Assembly: GCA_030833185.1 (NCBI GenBank)
Contig: JAURHQ010000003.1
Span: 2,078-66,077, forward strand
DNA length: 64,000 nucleotides
Source: Gammaproteobacteria bacterium
Lineage (GTDB): Bacteria > Pseudomonadota > Gammaproteobacteria > Ga0077536
Direction of reading: 5' to 3'
The position numbers were made by a program, and so were the translations under genes. The notes under the pieces were generated by a model. It had not been told where the DNA came from and ran no database searches. It saw only the letters and a list, made by a program, of their open reading frames with translations. The stretch's first letter is position 1, and every line of letters begins with the position of its first letter. Shown in pieces: positions 1 through 13,322 of this stretch.

Positions 1-442
1 ACGTGGCGGGCTCTGGTTTTCCCCGAGTCTCCCACTCCACGGCGTAACTCAGGCAAAACAAAGGCTCTTCTGTCGAGCTGACCTGCGATTCAAAGCTGAA
101 ATCGCCAATTGGCGTGCGCGGCGGCTGCTTCACCCCCAAGCCGAGCATTGAGCGGGAACGCCACACAGGGCTGCCATCCGCCGCAAAGATTTGCGCATAG
201 TGGCCCGAATCGGGCACCGCCAAGGAGGGATTCGGTAAGGATTCGGGCAAGGGATGACTGTTGGGATCATCGAGATTCGCAAGGCTCAGCAACATGAAGA
301 TCTGCGCCTTCAGCCGGTCCTGCACCGAGGCCATCGCGGTTTCGCGAAACACCAAATCGATGGCGAAGCCCGCAACACCCAGAAACAGGACCAGCATGAG
401 GCCAGCCGCCAGAAGTACGCGGGCATTAAGCGAACGTGGCAT
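1..442 (-). CDS. sensor histidine kinase, N-terminal fragment (continues past left edge)
   Basis: Absent from the ORF track (no stop in window). My hand translation of the reverse strand from ATG 442..440 stays open to base 1: MPRSLNARVLLAAGLMLVLFLGVAGFAIDLVFRETAMASVQDRLKAQIFMLL... It shows a TM helix then a soluble segment, 20 nt after the regulator stop, the usual RR-HK order. No kinase core is visible, so the call rests on context. Confidence 0.55.
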   Translation of the reverse strand, partial: MPRSLNARVLLAAGLMLVLFLGVAGFAIDLVFRETAMASVQDRLKAQIFMLLSLANLDDPNSHPLPESLPNPSLAVPDSGHYAQIFAADGSPVWRSRSMLGLGVKQPPRTPIGDFSFESQVSSTEEPLFCLSYAVEWETRGKPEPAT

Positions 443-462
443 GGAGGTATGGCGCCGGGCGC

Positions 463-1155
463 CTAGCCGGCGTCGTTTTGGGAGGGCGTAAAGCGGAATC
501 GGTAACCCTGGCCACGGGCGGTTTCGACTGGATTAAGCGTTCGGTCCGGATCCAGTTTCCGACGCAGTCGACCAATGATGACTTCCAGCACGTTGCTGTC
601 GCGGTCGGCATCTTCCTCGTAGAGGTGCTCGGAGATTTCCGCCTTTGAGACCACCTTGCCCGCGTGCAACATCAGGTATTCGAGCACCTTGTATTCGAAA
701 GCCGTGATTTCGATCCCGGTAGTGCCGGCCAGCAGGGTTTTAGCGGAAGTATCGAGCGTAAACGGTCCGCATCTGAGTTTGGGCTCGGCCCAGCCCGCGG
801 CCCGCCGCAACAGTGCGCGCACGCGGGCCAATAGTTCTTCGGTGTGAAATGGCTTTACCAGATAGTCGTCGGCGCCAAGTTCGAGACCAGCAACTTTGTC
901 TTCCCAACTACTCCGGGCAGTCAGGATCAGAATCGGGAAACTGCGCTCACCGGATCGCCAGCGCTTGATGAGCTCGGTGCCCGGAAGATCAGGCAAGCCT
1001 AGATCAACAATTGCCAGATCAATGGGGTATTCGTTACCGGCGTAGAGCCCGTCCCGGCCATTGCCCGCCTCATCTACCGCGTAGCCTGCAGTGCGCAGCC
1101 GACTGGCAAGGGTCGCGCGCAGGGTAGGTTCATCCTCGACGACCAGCACTCGCAC
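463..1155 (-). CDS. OmpR/PhoB-family two-component response regulator
   Basis: Receiver domain (MRVLVVEDEP, IVDLGLPD, LVKPF) plus a winged-helix C-terminus (ETARGQGYRF). Confidence 0.9.
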   Translation of the reverse strand: MRVLVVEDEPTLRATLASRLRTAGYAVDEAGNGRDGLYAGNEYPIDLAIVDLGLPDLPGTELIKRWRSGERSFPILILTARSSWEDKVAGLELGADDYLVKPFHTEELLARVRALLRRAAGWAEPKLRCGPFTLDTSAKTLLAGTTGIEITAFEYKVLEYLMLHAGKVVSKAEISEHLYEEDADRDSNVLEVIIGRLRRKLDPDRTLNPVETARGQGYRFRFTPSQNDAG

Positions 1156-1166
1156 TGCACGCTCTC

Positions 1167-1454
1167 CTAATGAAGTTGGCCGGAGTTCCCGTCTACCAGC
1201 ACGGTTCGCACGCGGCCCGGATCCAACAGCACTCTGACCGCATACGCGGGACCGCTGTCGTCGGCGAGCAAGCGCACATCAAGCACGCGGCCACCGGTAT
1301 TTTCCCGCGCAATTGCGGCAGCACGGTCTGCTTCGATCGCGGTGGCTTCTTTTACGTCCTCTTGCGAGGGCGACGCGGCGCCCGCGCCAAAACTCACGCC
1401 CAAGCCGACCAGCAACGGCACACACACGTAGAGCGGTTGAAACCTTTTAAGCAT
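1167..1454 (-). CDS. exported PepSY-domain protein
   Basis: Track ORF is 1167..1514. The internal ATG at 1454 gives a signal peptide (MLKRFQPLYVCVPLLVGLGVSFGAGAA). The mature part looks like a single PepSY fold (GGRVLDVRLL...YAVRVLLDPGRVRTVLVDGNSGQL). Confidence 0.6.
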   Translation of the reverse strand: MLKRFQPLYVCVPLLVGLGVSFGAGAASPSQEDVKEATAIEADRAAAIARENTGGRVLDVRLLADDSGPAYAVRVLLDPGRVRTVLVDGNSGQLH

Positions 1455-1503
1455 CAGCGACAGTCTCTTGTTTCCGTCGGATGCTATGGTCAATCCTCCG
1501 GGC

Positions 1504-2340
1504 TTAACCGGCACTGAACTCTTGGCGCAGCGGCCGATCGTGTTGCAGCGAAGGAATCATTGCACGGGCCTCAGCCACTTTTGCCAACTCGACCGGCGCA
1601 AGGATAAATCCTTCATCCTCTCCACCGTCTGCTAGAACGTTACCCCAGGGGTCAACGATCAGAGAATGACCATAGGTCCTACGCCCCCAATGTCGACGTC
1701 CGCTCTGTCCGGCGGCGAACACGTAGCAGCCGTTTTCAATCGCGCGCGCACGCACCAGGACATGCCAATGTGCCTCACCCGTGGTGGCGGTGAAGGCGGC
1801 AGGGATCGCCAGAAAATCGGCGCCACGCTGGGCCAGTTCACGGTAGAGATAAGGAAAACGGACGTCATAACAAATGCTGAGACCCAAGGTTCCCCAGGGC
1901 AGACGTGCCCAGGCCAGCTCATCGCCCGGAGCTACCGTCGCCGATTCGCGATACATCTCCCCGCCCCGTAGCGCGACGTCAAACAGATGGATCTTGTTGT
2001 AGACAGCGAGACAAGTGGCGTCGCGTCCAAACACATAACTGCGGTTACTGACCCGCCCATCGCCACGCTGAATAGTCAGCGACCCCAGCGCAATGACCAG
2101 CCCCAGTTCCTGGGCGAGCGCCGGGAAGATCGTGAGCGCGGGATGGTTTTCCTCGTCGAAACCGCGGGTCAGGTAGTCGGTATCACGCGGTTCAAGGCAC
2201 GAGAAATTTTCGGGAAGGCAGACAAGGTCGGCACCGTCAGCGGCAGCGGCTCGGGTGAGGCTTACGGCCTTCTCGATATTTTTTTCAACCTGCTCTTCGG
2301 CGCAAAGTTGAATACAGGCAGCGTTGAAAGTTACCGACAC
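1504..2340 (-). CDS. carbon-nitrogen hydrolase (Nit-type amidase)
   Basis: Glu-Lys-Cys triad contexts are visible: CLPENF, YNKIHLF, LSICYDVRFP. Confidence 0.85.
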   Translation of the reverse strand: MSVTFNAACIQLCAEEQVEKNIEKAVSLTRAAAADGADLVCLPENFSCLEPRDTDYLTRGFDEENHPALTIFPALAQELGLVIALGSLTIQRGDGRVSNRSYVFGRDATCLAVYNKIHLFDVALRGGEMYRESATVAPGDELAWARLPWGTLGLSICYDVRFPYLYRELAQRGADFLAIPAAFTATTGEAHWHVLVRARAIENGCYVFAAGQSGRRHWGRRTYGHSLIVDPWGNVLADGGEDEGFILAPVELAKVAEARAMIPSLQHDRPLRQEFSAG

Positions 2341-2345
2341 GGCGC

Positions 2346-2825
2346 TCAGTCCAGCGGGCGCTCGGCCACGACTACGCCATCGCCGTCCGCGTAAAGATAA
2401 TCCCCCGGGTACACCACGACTTCAGCGAACCGCAGCACGGCGTTGCGCGATCCTTCACCCTTCTTGACGCTTTTACGCGGATTGGTTGCCACCGCCTTAA
2501 TCCCGATGGGCAAGGTGGCAAGGGCCGCGCTGTCGCGCACGCAGCCGTACACCAGAATACCTGCCCAGCCGTTTTTTACCCCAAGCTCGGCCAACTGGTC
2601 GCCTACCAGGGCACACCTCAGAGAGCCGCCACCATCGACCACCAGCACACGCGCAAGACCGGGCTCCTCGAGGGTTGCCCGAACCAGACTATTGTCCTCA
2701 TAGGCCTTGAGCGTCACGACGGGACCGGAGAATGCGCGATGCCCTCCGTAGTCCCGAAAGATAGGCGCCATGATCCGCAGAGAATCACCGTGGGCGTCAT
2801 AGAGATCTGCTGTTGCGTGGGTCAT
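2346..2825 (-). CDS. rraA: RraA-family protein (RNase E regulator / HMG-aldolase-like)
   Basis: 159 aa with DLYDAHGD and [20 protein letters not shown], typical of RraA. Confidence 0.85.
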   Translation of the reverse strand: MTHATADLYDAHGDSLRIMAPIFRDYGGHRAFSGPVVTLKAYEDNSLVRATLEEPGLARVLVVDGGGSLRCALVGDQLAELGVKNGWAGILVYGCVRDSAALATLPIGIKAVATNPRKSVKKGEGSRNAVLRFAEVVVYPGDYLYADGDGVVVAERPLD

Positions 2826-2904
2826 GCGTGCTTCCTTTTATCAGGCTTGGGGTCGGCGCCCGATCTCGCCGGGCCGATAGCGACTAGCAGGCGACGATGG
2901 AAAA

Positions 2905-4275
2905 CTAGTCGGACTTTTTCTTCTGCGGACGGTGCCAGCCCGCGACGCTTTTTTGCCGCACGCGACTGATCACAAGCCGCTCCGGCTCTACATTGTCCGT
3001 CACCGTCGTGCCTGCCCCGATCGTCGCGCCGCGCCCAATCGTCACGGGTGCGACCAATTGCGTGTCAGACCCAATGAAAACGTCGTCCTCAATCACGGTT
3101 TTATGCTTGGCCGCACCGTCATAGTTGCAGGTGATTGTGCCGGCGCCAACGTTTACATTCCGGCCGATCTCGGCATCGCCCACATAGGCAAGATGATTGG
3201 CTTTGGAGTGCTCACCGAGATGAGATTTCTTGATTTCAACGAAATTGCCGACGTGAACACCCGCGTCCAGAACGGTCTCGGGACGAATACGCGCGAAAGG
3301 TCCAATCCGGGCGCCTGGCCCGATTGTCGCGCCCTCGATCAGCGAATTTGCCAGCACCTCGACCCCGGCTGAAAGCTCAGCGTTCCGAATCACACAATTG
3401 GGGCCAATGCGCACGCCCTCCCCGAGCTTGACCTCGCCCTCAAACACGCAATTCACGTCGATGAAGCTGTCGGCATCGCAGCGGAGGCTTCCCCGCACAT
3501 CGATACGGGCAGGATCAGCCAAGCTTACCCCGCTCCGCATCAGCGCCTCGGCCTGCGTTCGTTGATAGGCACGCTCGAGACTGGCGAGCTGCACGCGGTC
3601 GTTAACGCCCGTGATCTCGGCCTCGCTAATGGCAAGCACCCCGGCGACCTTGATGTTCTCCGCTACCGCACGTTCGACGCAATCCGTCAGGTAATACTCA
3701 CCCTGCGCATTAGTGTTTGCCAGTTGGGGCAACCAGCGGTGCAGATATTCGCCCTTGATGACCATGATGCCGGTGTTTATTTCCTGCACCGTGCGTTCGG
3801 CCGGACTCGCGTCCTTATGCTCGACGATCTTCAGAATCTTGCCAGTTCCGTCGCGGATGATCCGACCGTAGCCTGTCGGCTCTGCCAATAGCGCGGTCAG
3901 CAGGGAGAAACCGCTTGCTTGCGCGGCTTGCAGCAGCGCGCGCAGGGTTTCTTGAGAAATCAGCGGGACGTCGCCAAACAAGATGAGTGCGAGGTGTTGC
4001 GGATCGAGCGCCGGCAAGACCTGCGCCATCGCGTGGCCCGTACCCAGTTGTTCGCGCTGTTCGACCCAGCGAATGTTTCGGTCGCGTAGCGCGGCCTTTA
4101 GCAGCTCGCCGGCATGACCGAAAACGACAATTGGCGCGTCGTCGCTGAAGTGGCTGGCGGTGTCCAGCACGTGACTGATGAGCGGCTTACCGGCGAGCGG
4201 GTGCAGTACTTTCGGTAAGGCGGAACGCATGCGCGTTCCTTTGCCGGCGGCCAATATGCAAATGGTAGCGTTCAT
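2905..4275 (-). CDS. glmU: bifunctional GlcNAc-1-P uridyltransferase / GlcN-1-P acetyltransferase
   Basis: Start moved to ATG 4275 (MNATICILAAGKGTRM). LAAGKGTRM motif and C-terminal hexapeptide repeats. Lies just downstream of atpC, as in E. coli. Confidence 0.95.
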   Translation of the reverse strand: MNATICILAAGKGTRMRSALPKVLHPLAGKPLISHVLDTASHFSDDAPIVVFGHAGELLKAALRDRNIRWVEQREQLGTGHAMAQVLPALDPQHLALILFGDVPLISQETLRALLQAAQASGFSLLTALLAEPTGYGRIIRDGTGKILKIVEHKDASPAERTVQEINTGIMVIKGEYLHRWLPQLANTNAQGEYYLTDCVERAVAENIKVAGVLAISEAEITGVNDRVQLASLERAYQRTQAEALMRSGVSLADPARIDVRGSLRCDADSFIDVNCVFEGEVKLGEGVRIGPNCVIRNAELSAGVEVLANSLIEGATIGPGARIGPFARIRPETVLDAGVHVGNFVEIKKSHLGEHSKANHLAYVGDAEIGRNVNVGAGTITCNYDGAAKHKTVIEDDVFIGSDTQLVAPVTIGRGATIGAGTTVTDNVEPERLVISRVRQKSVAGWHRPQKKKSD

Positions 4276-4429
4276 CGGCGTGTCCCCGGGTCTGGGCCCT
4301 GCGCTCGTGCGCAATCGGGCTACGACATCTTCGGTCCAAACCTTGGTTTGCGCAGTCAGCTTGGTGGGCTGCCGCGCGCATCAAGACCGCTAAGCCGGCG
4401 ACTTCCTGATCGGGACGATAGTCCGGGCG

Positions 4430-4849
4430 CTAACCGCCGCGGCGCCGGAGGCGCTGAATCGTTTGCAGCTGCGCGGCAAGTTCGGCCAGTTCGGCCTGGG
4501 CTTTGGTGAAATCCAGCTTGCCCGTGTTGTTGGCGAGCGCCTCCTCGGCCTCTTGCTTCGCCTTGAGCACGGCCGCCTCATCCAGATCGTGCGCCCGAAC
4601 GGCAGTGTCTGATAGCACGGTCACGATTTTAGGCTGGACTTCCAGCATCCCGCCGGAAATATAAAACGCCTGCTGCTCGCCGCCCTTGAGCTGCACCCGG
4701 ACTTCGCCAGGTTTTAGCTGGGTCAGCAACGGCGCGTGGCCAGGCAGGATGCCCACTTCGCCAAGCCGCGCCGGGGCAAACAGCATCTCGGCTTCGCCGG
4801 CAAAAATTTCCCGCTCGGCGCTGACGATATCGACGTGGATCGTGCTCAT
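4430..4849 (-). CDS. atpC: ATP synthase F1 epsilon
   Basis: 139 aa; position after atpD; MSTIHVDIVSAEREIFAG N-terminus. Confidence 0.95.
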   Translation of the reverse strand: MSTIHVDIVSAEREIFAGEAEMLFAPARLGEVGILPGHAPLLTQLKPGEVRVQLKGGEQQAFYISGGMLEVQPKIVTVLSDTAVRAHDLDEAAVLKAKQEAEEALANNTGKLDFTKAQAELAELAAQLQTIQRLRRRGG

Positions 4850-4867
4850 GGGCGTCTAGTACCTGAA

Positions 4868-7145
<2,278 letters not shown>

Positions 7146-7167
7146 TGCGAGGGTTCCCTGCTGCCTG

Positions 7168-8709
7168 CTACCAGGTCTGCGTCTGCTTGAAAGTCGTGAT
7201 GGCGTCTTTCAGCTCAGCTTCAATAGCGTCGCTGAAGTCACCCGTCTCATTGATGGTGTTCAGCAGCGCGGCGCGGGCCGACTTCATATAGCCATGAAGT
7301 GCGTTTTCGAAGGCACCGACTTTCTTTACTTCGACGTCATCCAGATAGCCGCGGTCGACCGCGAACAGCGACACCGCCATATCAGCCACCGAAAGCGGGG
7401 AGTATTGTTTCTGCTTCATCAACTCCATGACGCGCTGACCGCGATCGAGCTGCTTGCGCGTGGCTTCATCGAGGTCGGAGGCGAACTGCGCGAACGCCGC
7501 CAGTTCGCGGTACTGGGCGAGCGCCAGACGGACGCCACCACCAAGCTTCTTGATGATCTTGGTCTGGGCGGCGCCACCGACTCGGGACACCGACAGACCG
7601 GCGTTGATGGCGGGACGGAAGCCGGAGTTGAAGAGATTCGTTTCCAGGTAGATCTGGCCGTCGGTGATGGAAATCACGTTGGTCGGTACGAAGGCGGACA
7701 CGTCACCCGCCTGAGTCTCGATGATCGGGAGTGCCGTCAACGATCCCGTCTTGCCAGTGACGCGGCCGTTGGTTTCTTTCGCGACGTAATCTTCGTTGAC
7801 ACGCGCGGCGCGCTCGAGCAGGCGGGAATGCAGGTAGAACACGTCGCCCGGATAGGCTTCGCGACCCGGCGGGCGCCGCAGGAGCAGCGAGACCTGACGG
7901 TAGGCCCAGGCCTGCTTGGTCAAATCGTCATAAATAATCAGCGCGTCTTCGCCGTTATCGCGGAAGTACTCGCCCATCGCGCAACCGGAATACGGTGCGA
8001 TGTACTGCATGGCCGCCGATTCCGACGCCGTCGCCGCCACCACGATGGTGTGGGCCATGGCATCGTGCTCTTCCAGCTTGCGAATCACGGTGTTGATCGA
8101 CGACGCCTTCTGACCGATGGCGACGTAAATGCACTTAATGCCCGTGCCCTTCTGGTTGATGATGGTGTCGATGGCGACCGCAGTCTTGCCGGTCTGGCGG
8201 TCACCGATGATGAGTTCGCGCTGGCCGCGACCGACCGGCACCATCGCGTCGATCGACTTGAGGCCCGTCTGCACCGGTTGCGACACCGACTTACGCCAAA
8301 TCACGCCGGGCGCGATTTTTTCGATGGGTGAGGTGAGGCTTGTGCCCAGGTCGCCCTTGCCGTCAATCGGTTGGCCCAGCGCGTTGACGACGCGGCCGAG
8401 CAACGCATCGCCCACCGGCACCTCAAGAATGCGCTTGGTGCAGCGAACCGTGTCGCCTTCTTTAATGTGCTGGTATTCACCCATGATCACGGCGCCCACA
8501 GAATCCTGTTCCAGGTTCAGCGCCAGACCAAAAGTGTTTCCGGGAAACTCGATCATTTCGCCCGACATCACATCGGACAAGCCGTGCAAGCGCGCGATGC
8601 CGTCGGTCAGGCTGACCACCGTGCCCTCGGTGCGGGCCTCGGTGACGATGTCAAATTCCTGAATTTTTTTCTTGATGAGTTCGCTAATTTCAGTCGCGCT
8701 GATTTGCAT
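7168..8709 (-). CDS. atpA: ATP synthase F1 alpha
   Basis: 513 aa; Walker A GDRQTGKT. Confidence 0.97.
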   Translation of the reverse strand: MQISATEISELIKKKIQEFDIVTEARTEGTVVSLTDGIARLHGLSDVMSGEMIEFPGNTFGLALNLEQDSVGAVIMGEYQHIKEGDTVRCTKRILEVPVGDALLGRVVNALGQPIDGKGDLGTSLTSPIEKIAPGVIWRKSVSQPVQTGLKSIDAMVPVGRGQRELIIGDRQTGKTAVAIDTIINQKGTGIKCIYVAIGQKASSINTVIRKLEEHDAMAHTIVVAATASESAAMQYIAPYSGCAMGEYFRDNGEDALIIYDDLTKQAWAYRQVSLLLRRPPGREAYPGDVFYLHSRLLERAARVNEDYVAKETNGRVTGKTGSLTALPIIETQAGDVSAFVPTNVISITDGQIYLETNLFNSGFRPAINAGLSVSRVGGAAQTKIIKKLGGGVRLALAQYRELAAFAQFASDLDEATRKQLDRGQRVMELMKQKQYSPLSVADMAVSLFAVDRGYLDDVEVKKVGAFENALHGYMKSARAALLNTINETGDFSDAIEAELKDAITTFKQTQTW

Positions 8710-8766
8710 GGGTCATCCTCGTCTGTTCAAGCGTCCGCGCGGTACCGCAACGGATACGCTCGGAGG

Positions 8767-9315
8767 TCACTTGATATTGAATACGTTAGCCAGTTGGCTG
8801 AGGCCGCCGCGTAGCGAAGCATCGAAGACCACGTCCCCGACTTTCACCTTGGCGCCACCGATAAGTGCGCTGTCGATCGCAACTGAGAGCCGCACTTCCT
8901 TGCCGAGCCTGGCCTGCATGGCGCCCGCAATCCGGTTGCGTGTGGCCTCGTCCAGCGGAAAGGCGGAGGTCACTTCGACCTCTGCCACCCGGTCTACATT
9001 CGCGTGGTGCGCGGTAAAGCCCTGCGCAATTTCGGGCATGAGCGAGAGGCGACCGGCATCCAGCAGCACGCTGATGAACTTCTTCACCTGCGCCTCGAGG
9101 ACGAGTCCCGCAGATTCGCTGACAGCGACCACCAACTCAGCGATGCGGCTTTTAGTCAGCCCAGGTGAGTTAATGACGCGCCGCATGTCGTTGTCTGCAA
9201 CGATTACGGCAAGCAGGCGCAACGCCCGCTCCCAATCGGCCACCGCGTTGCTTCCCTGCGCGACGTCGAACGCCGCTTGGGCGTAAGGACGGGCGATAGT
9301 GAGGTTTTCTTGCAT
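8767..9315 (-). CDS. atpH: ATP synthase F1 delta
   Basis: 182 aa; lies between atpF and atpA; OSCP-like sequence. Confidence 0.93.
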   Translation of the reverse strand: MQENLTIARPYAQAAFDVAQGSNAVADWERALRLLAVIVADNDMRRVINSPGLTKSRIAELVVAVSESAGLVLEAQVKKFISVLLDAGRLSLMPEIAQGFTAHHANVDRVAEVEVTSAFPLDEATRNRIAGAMQARLGKEVRLSVAIDSALIGGAKVKVGDVVFDASLRGGLSQLANVFNIK

Positions 9316-9330
9316 GTCGTTCTCGCGGGC

Positions 9331-9801
9331 CTAGAGCCGGGCTCCCAGCTTGTCGAGGACGTCCTGATGCTTGCTCGCGTCGATCTCACGCATCAGGATT
9401 TGCTCGGCGCCCGCCAACGCGAGTTCGGCCACCTGCTCACGCAGGGTTTCGCGTGCCTGACGGATTTCCTGCTCGATACCTGCGCGGGCCGCGGCCAGTT
9501 GGCGCTCGCCTTCGGCTTGCGCAGTGACTTTTGCCGCCTCGACCATTTCGTCTGCACGCTTCTGCGCGCTCTGCACGAGGTCCTGACTTTGGCGTTTGGC
9601 GCCGTCGATCAGTTCATCCACCCGGCCCTTGGCGCTGACCAGTTCCAGCTGGCCTTTTTCGGCGGCCGCAAGTCCGTCTGCGATCTTCTTCTGGCGCTCT
9701 TCGATGGCCCGCATCAGCGGGGGCCACACGAATCGCGAGGTGAACCAGACGAAGGCGAAGAACCAGACGCCTTGCGCGATAAGAGTTAGGTTGATGTTCA
9801 T
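9331..9801 (-). CDS. atpF: ATP synthase Fo subunit b
   Basis: 156 aa; one N-terminal TM helix then a long charged helix. Confidence 0.93.
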   Translation of the reverse strand: MNINLTLIAQGVWFFAFVWFTSRFVWPPLMRAIEERQKKIADGLAAAEKGQLELVSAKGRVDELIDGAKRQSQDLVQSAQKRADEMVEAAKVTAQAEGERQLAAARAGIEQEIRQARETLREQVAELALAGAEQILMREIDASKHQDVLDKLGARL

Positions 9802-9843
9802 CTTGACGCTTCCCGATGGCCCAAGTGGACGCCGATATGCTGC

Positions 9844-10143
<300 letters not shown>

Positions 10144-10184
10144 CTAAAAAGCTGGCAAAAAAACGGGGTTAAAAGGGAGATTAC

Positions 10185-11000
10185 TCAGTGGCTTTCGTGC
10201 GCCATTGCCATATACACGATGGTTAGCATCATGAAGATATAGGCCTGCAGCGCGACGATTAGGATATGAAATACAGCCCATCCCCCAGACAGGATGGCGC
10301 CGAAGAAGGTTCCGGACGGGCCCGTTGCAGCCCACAGGCCCAACAGCAGGAAGATGATCTCACCGGCGTACATGTTGCCGTAGAGCCGCAGGCTGTGCGA
10401 CAGCGGCTTGGAGATGTACTCCACCAGATTGAACAGAAAGTTGGGGATCCACAGCACCGGGTTGCTGCCGAATGGCGAGCAGGTCAATTCATGAATCCAG
10501 CCGCCGAGGCCCTTGGCCTTGACACTGTAGAAAATCATGAGGAGCCAGACGGAAAGCGAGAGCGCAAAGGTCGTGTTGATGTCCGCCGTTGGCACCTGTC
10601 GCCAGTTTTCGAGACCGAACACGTTTTTGTAGACCCACGCCGACAGGTCAACCGGCAGGAAATCCATCGAGTTCATGAGCAGCACCCACACGAACACCGT
10701 GAGCGCCAGAGGGGCCACAAAGCTGATGTTGCCGTGGAAGATGCTCTTAACTTGGTCGTTAACGAACTCTAGAGCGAGTTCGACGAGCGCCTGCCGCTTG
10801 CCTGGGACAGATGCCGTTGCACCACGGCCGGCAAGCCACATAAATCCGCAGCCGATGATGCCCAACAATACCGACATCACGACCGAGTCGACATTGACGC
10901 TCATGAACGGCGTATCGCCAACTGGATGCGCCATGAACGACAGGTGGTGGCTGATGTAGCTCGTTGGAGTCAGGACGTGTTCTGCGTGTTCCGATGCCAT
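10185..11000 (-). CDS. atpB: ATP synthase Fo subunit a
   Basis: 271 aa polytopic protein; [13 protein letters not shown] motif carrying the essential Arg. Confidence 0.95.
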   Translation of the reverse strand: MASEHAEHVLTPTSYISHHLSFMAHPVGDTPFMSVNVDSVVMSVLLGIIGCGFMWLAGRGATASVPGKRQALVELALEFVNDQVKSIFHGNISFVAPLALTVFVWVLLMNSMDFLPVDLSAWVYKNVFGLENWRQVPTADINTTFALSLSVWLLMIFYSVKAKGLGGWIHELTCSPFGSNPVLWIPNFLFNLVEYISKPLSHSLRLYGNMYAGEIIFLLLGLWAATGPSGTFFGAILSGGWAVFHILIVALQAYIFMMLTIVYMAMAHESH

Positions 11001-11047
11001 ATTTCGCCAGTCGCGTTTCAGTTATCAGGCCTGTCTCGGACAGGCAT

Positions 11048-11425
11048 TCAGCTGTTGCGGGAAACCCAGAGCGACAGCCATTGCGCCATCAGCGCGCCAA
11101 TCAAGCCGGCAATGAAGCCGGGCCACATCATATCGGGGCCCAGCCACCGGCGTGCGCCATATAGCGCCGCAATAATCAGAAGAAGTTTCAAGCCTTCGCT
11201 GCCCAGAAGGGTCGCAGCGCTCAGGTGTCCGGTTAGCGCGGACCGCGTCCAGAGCACCAGCCCGGTGACGAAGTGGGGAATGCAGACCGCCGCCCCGCTT
11301 GCCGCGCAGGCTATCGCGTACTGCGTTCCTGCCACTGCCCAGAAGGCAGTGCTCAGCGCACCGATCACCAGAATTTGAATCTTCAACGTGCCGATTACGG
11401 CTGCTGCCCAAGCCCTCCGACTCAT
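11048..11425 (-). CDS. atpI: ATP synthase protein I
   Basis: 125-aa small membrane protein at the head of the atp operon. Call is mainly positional. Confidence 0.7.
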   Translation of the reverse strand: MSRRAWAAAVIGTLKIQILVIGALSTAFWAVAGTQYAIACAASGAAVCIPHFVTGLVLWTRSALTGHLSAATLLGSEGLKLLLIIAALYGARRWLGPDMMWPGFIAGLIGALMAQWLSLWVSRNS

Positions 11426-11558
11426 TCGGCCTGACCCCGAAGGTGCGCGTTTCTGCTATGCAACATCCCGTAAAGCCGCCGCATTGTAAGAAGCTTGTAC
11501 GACGGGAGTCAATTGAAAACTTCGGGCTTTTTGATGGTTCGGGACAGGCCGCTCGCAC

Positions 11559-12428
11559 TCATTTGATATGCGCGATGATGCCGTCCAATTCGTCCAGCGA
11601 TGAATAGCTGATCACCAGCTTCCCGGCGCCCTTATTGCCTTGCTGGATGACCACTGCAGCGCCCAGTCGCTCCGACAATTGCCCCTCGAGTTGCGCGACG
11701 TTGGGGTCGGGGCGCGCCGGCGTCCTCGGGGGTTCCTGGACCTTCTGGCTGCTCCGCACCAGCTTTTCGGTTGCCCGAACGGACAGGTCATCGGCCACCA
11801 CGCGCTCGGCCAATTCGGATTGCAGTTCCGGCGAAAGCGTCAACAAGGCCCGCGCGTGGCCCATTTGCAGCGCCCCCGACTCCAGCAATTCGCGGGGGCG
11901 CGGCGCCAGTTCGAGCAAGCGGAGCAGATTCGACACCGCCGCGCGCGAGCGGCCGATAGCCTCCGCGATTTCCTGGTGCGTCATCTCGAATTCCCGGATG
12001 AGGCGTTGCAGTGCCAGCGCCTCCTCGACGGGATTCAATTGTTCGCGTTGGATGTTTTCGATGATCGCGATGCTCATCACCGCACGGTCGGGAATGTCCT
12101 TGATCACCGCCGGCAGCTCGGCGAGCCCCGCCAGTTGGGCCGCGCGCCAGCGGCGTTCGCCGGCGATCAATTCATAACGCCCGCCGCCCGGCAGGGCGCG
12201 GACGACGACCGGCTGCACGACGCCCTGAGCCTTGATCGAGGCCGCCAGATCGGCGAGCGCTTCGGGCTTGATGTCCAGTCTGGGCTGATAGCGCCCCCGC
12301 TGGATCAGGTCGACGGGAATGCTTTTTAACTGGTCGCCCGCAGCAAGCGACGGCTCGTCCTCGCGACCGTTCGCGCCGACACCGAGGAGTGCATCGAGGC
12401 CTCGGCCCAAGGCTCTTTTTTTCGTCAC
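11559..12428 (-). CDS. parB: chromosome partitioning protein ParB
   Basis: IIENIQREQLNPVEEA box and an HTH region; overlaps the parA stop. Confidence 0.95.
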   Translation of the reverse strand: MTKKRALGRGLDALLGVGANGREDEPSLAAGDQLKSIPVDLIQRGRYQPRLDIKPEALADLAASIKAQGVVQPVVVRALPGGGRYELIAGERRWRAAQLAGLAELPAVIKDIPDRAVMSIAIIENIQREQLNPVEEALALQRLIREFEMTHQEIAEAIGRSRAAVSNLLRLLELAPRPRELLESGALQMGHARALLTLSPELQSELAERVVADDLSVRATEKLVRSSQKVQEPPRTPARPDPNVAQLEGQLSERLGAAVVIQQGNKGAGKLVISYSSLDELDGIIAHIK

Positions 12429-13228
12429 GCAAGGCCTCCTGATGCAGTGTTCGCGCCCCGGGCGGCTTCTTCTCGCCGGAGCAATTCGCCCGCGAGCGCC
12501 AGATAAGCCACTGCCCCGGCTGAAGATTTGTCATAGCGCAACGCGGGCAGCCCGTGGCTGGGCGCCTCGGCAAGCCGCACATTGCGCGGAATGATGGAGC
12601 GGTAAACCTTGTCGCCGAAATGCTGAAGCAGTTGCTGCGACACCTGATTCGCCAAGTTGTTGCGCGGGTCGAACATCGTGCGCAGGAAGCCGTCCACGTG
12701 CAGGGTCGGGTTCAGAAATTTGCGAATCTTTTCGATCGTTTGAAGCAGGGCGGAAATGCCTTCCAGCGCGTAGTACTCGCACTGCGTTGGCACAATGACC
12801 GCGTCGGCGGCAACCAGTGAATTGACGGTCAGCATGCTGAGCGCGGGAGGACAATCGATGATGATGAAATCGTACTGGTCCCGCACGGTCGCCAGCGCGT
12901 TTTTCAAGCGTAACTCGCGCCCGAGTTCCTCCAGCAAACCCACTTCTGCCCCGGTCAGATCCCCATTCGCTGGCAGCAGGTCGTAGCCGGACTCGGTGGG
13001 TTTAACGAGCGCCTCAGACAGCGTGCTCTGCCCCATCAGGACGTCATAACTCGAGCGCTCGAGCGTGCGCTTGTCGACGCCGCTGCCCATGGTCGCGTTA
13101 CCCTGCGGGTCGAGATCAAGCAAGAGGACACGTCGGCGCGTAGCCGCCAGCGAGGCGGCCAGATTAACGCTCGTGGTGGTCTTGCCGACGCCACCTTTTT
13201 GGTTAGCGATTGCGAAAACTGTCGCCAT
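12425..13228 (-). CDS. parA: chromosome partitioning ATPase ParA
   Basis: Deviant Walker A NQKGGVGKTT. Confidence 0.95.
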   Translation of the reverse strand: MATVFAIANQKGGVGKTTTSVNLAASLAATRRRVLLLDLDPQGNATMGSGVDKRTLERSSYDVLMGQSTLSEALVKPTESGYDLLPANGDLTGAEVGLLEELGRELRLKNALATVRDQYDFIIIDCPPALSMLTVNSLVAADAVIVPTQCEYYALEGISALLQTIEKIRKFLNPTLHVDGFLRTMFDPRNNLANQVSQQLLQHFGDKVYRSIIPRNVRLAEAPSHGLPALRYDKSSAGAVAYLALAGELLRREEAARGANTASGGLA

Positions 13229-13322
13229 TGGATGTGCCGAAGTTGGGGAGGTACCGCGCGGGGCCGGTGGAGCGGTCGGGGTGTGGCTGGATTATTGCAC
13301 AAAGCCTCGCGCTGGCCGCAAA

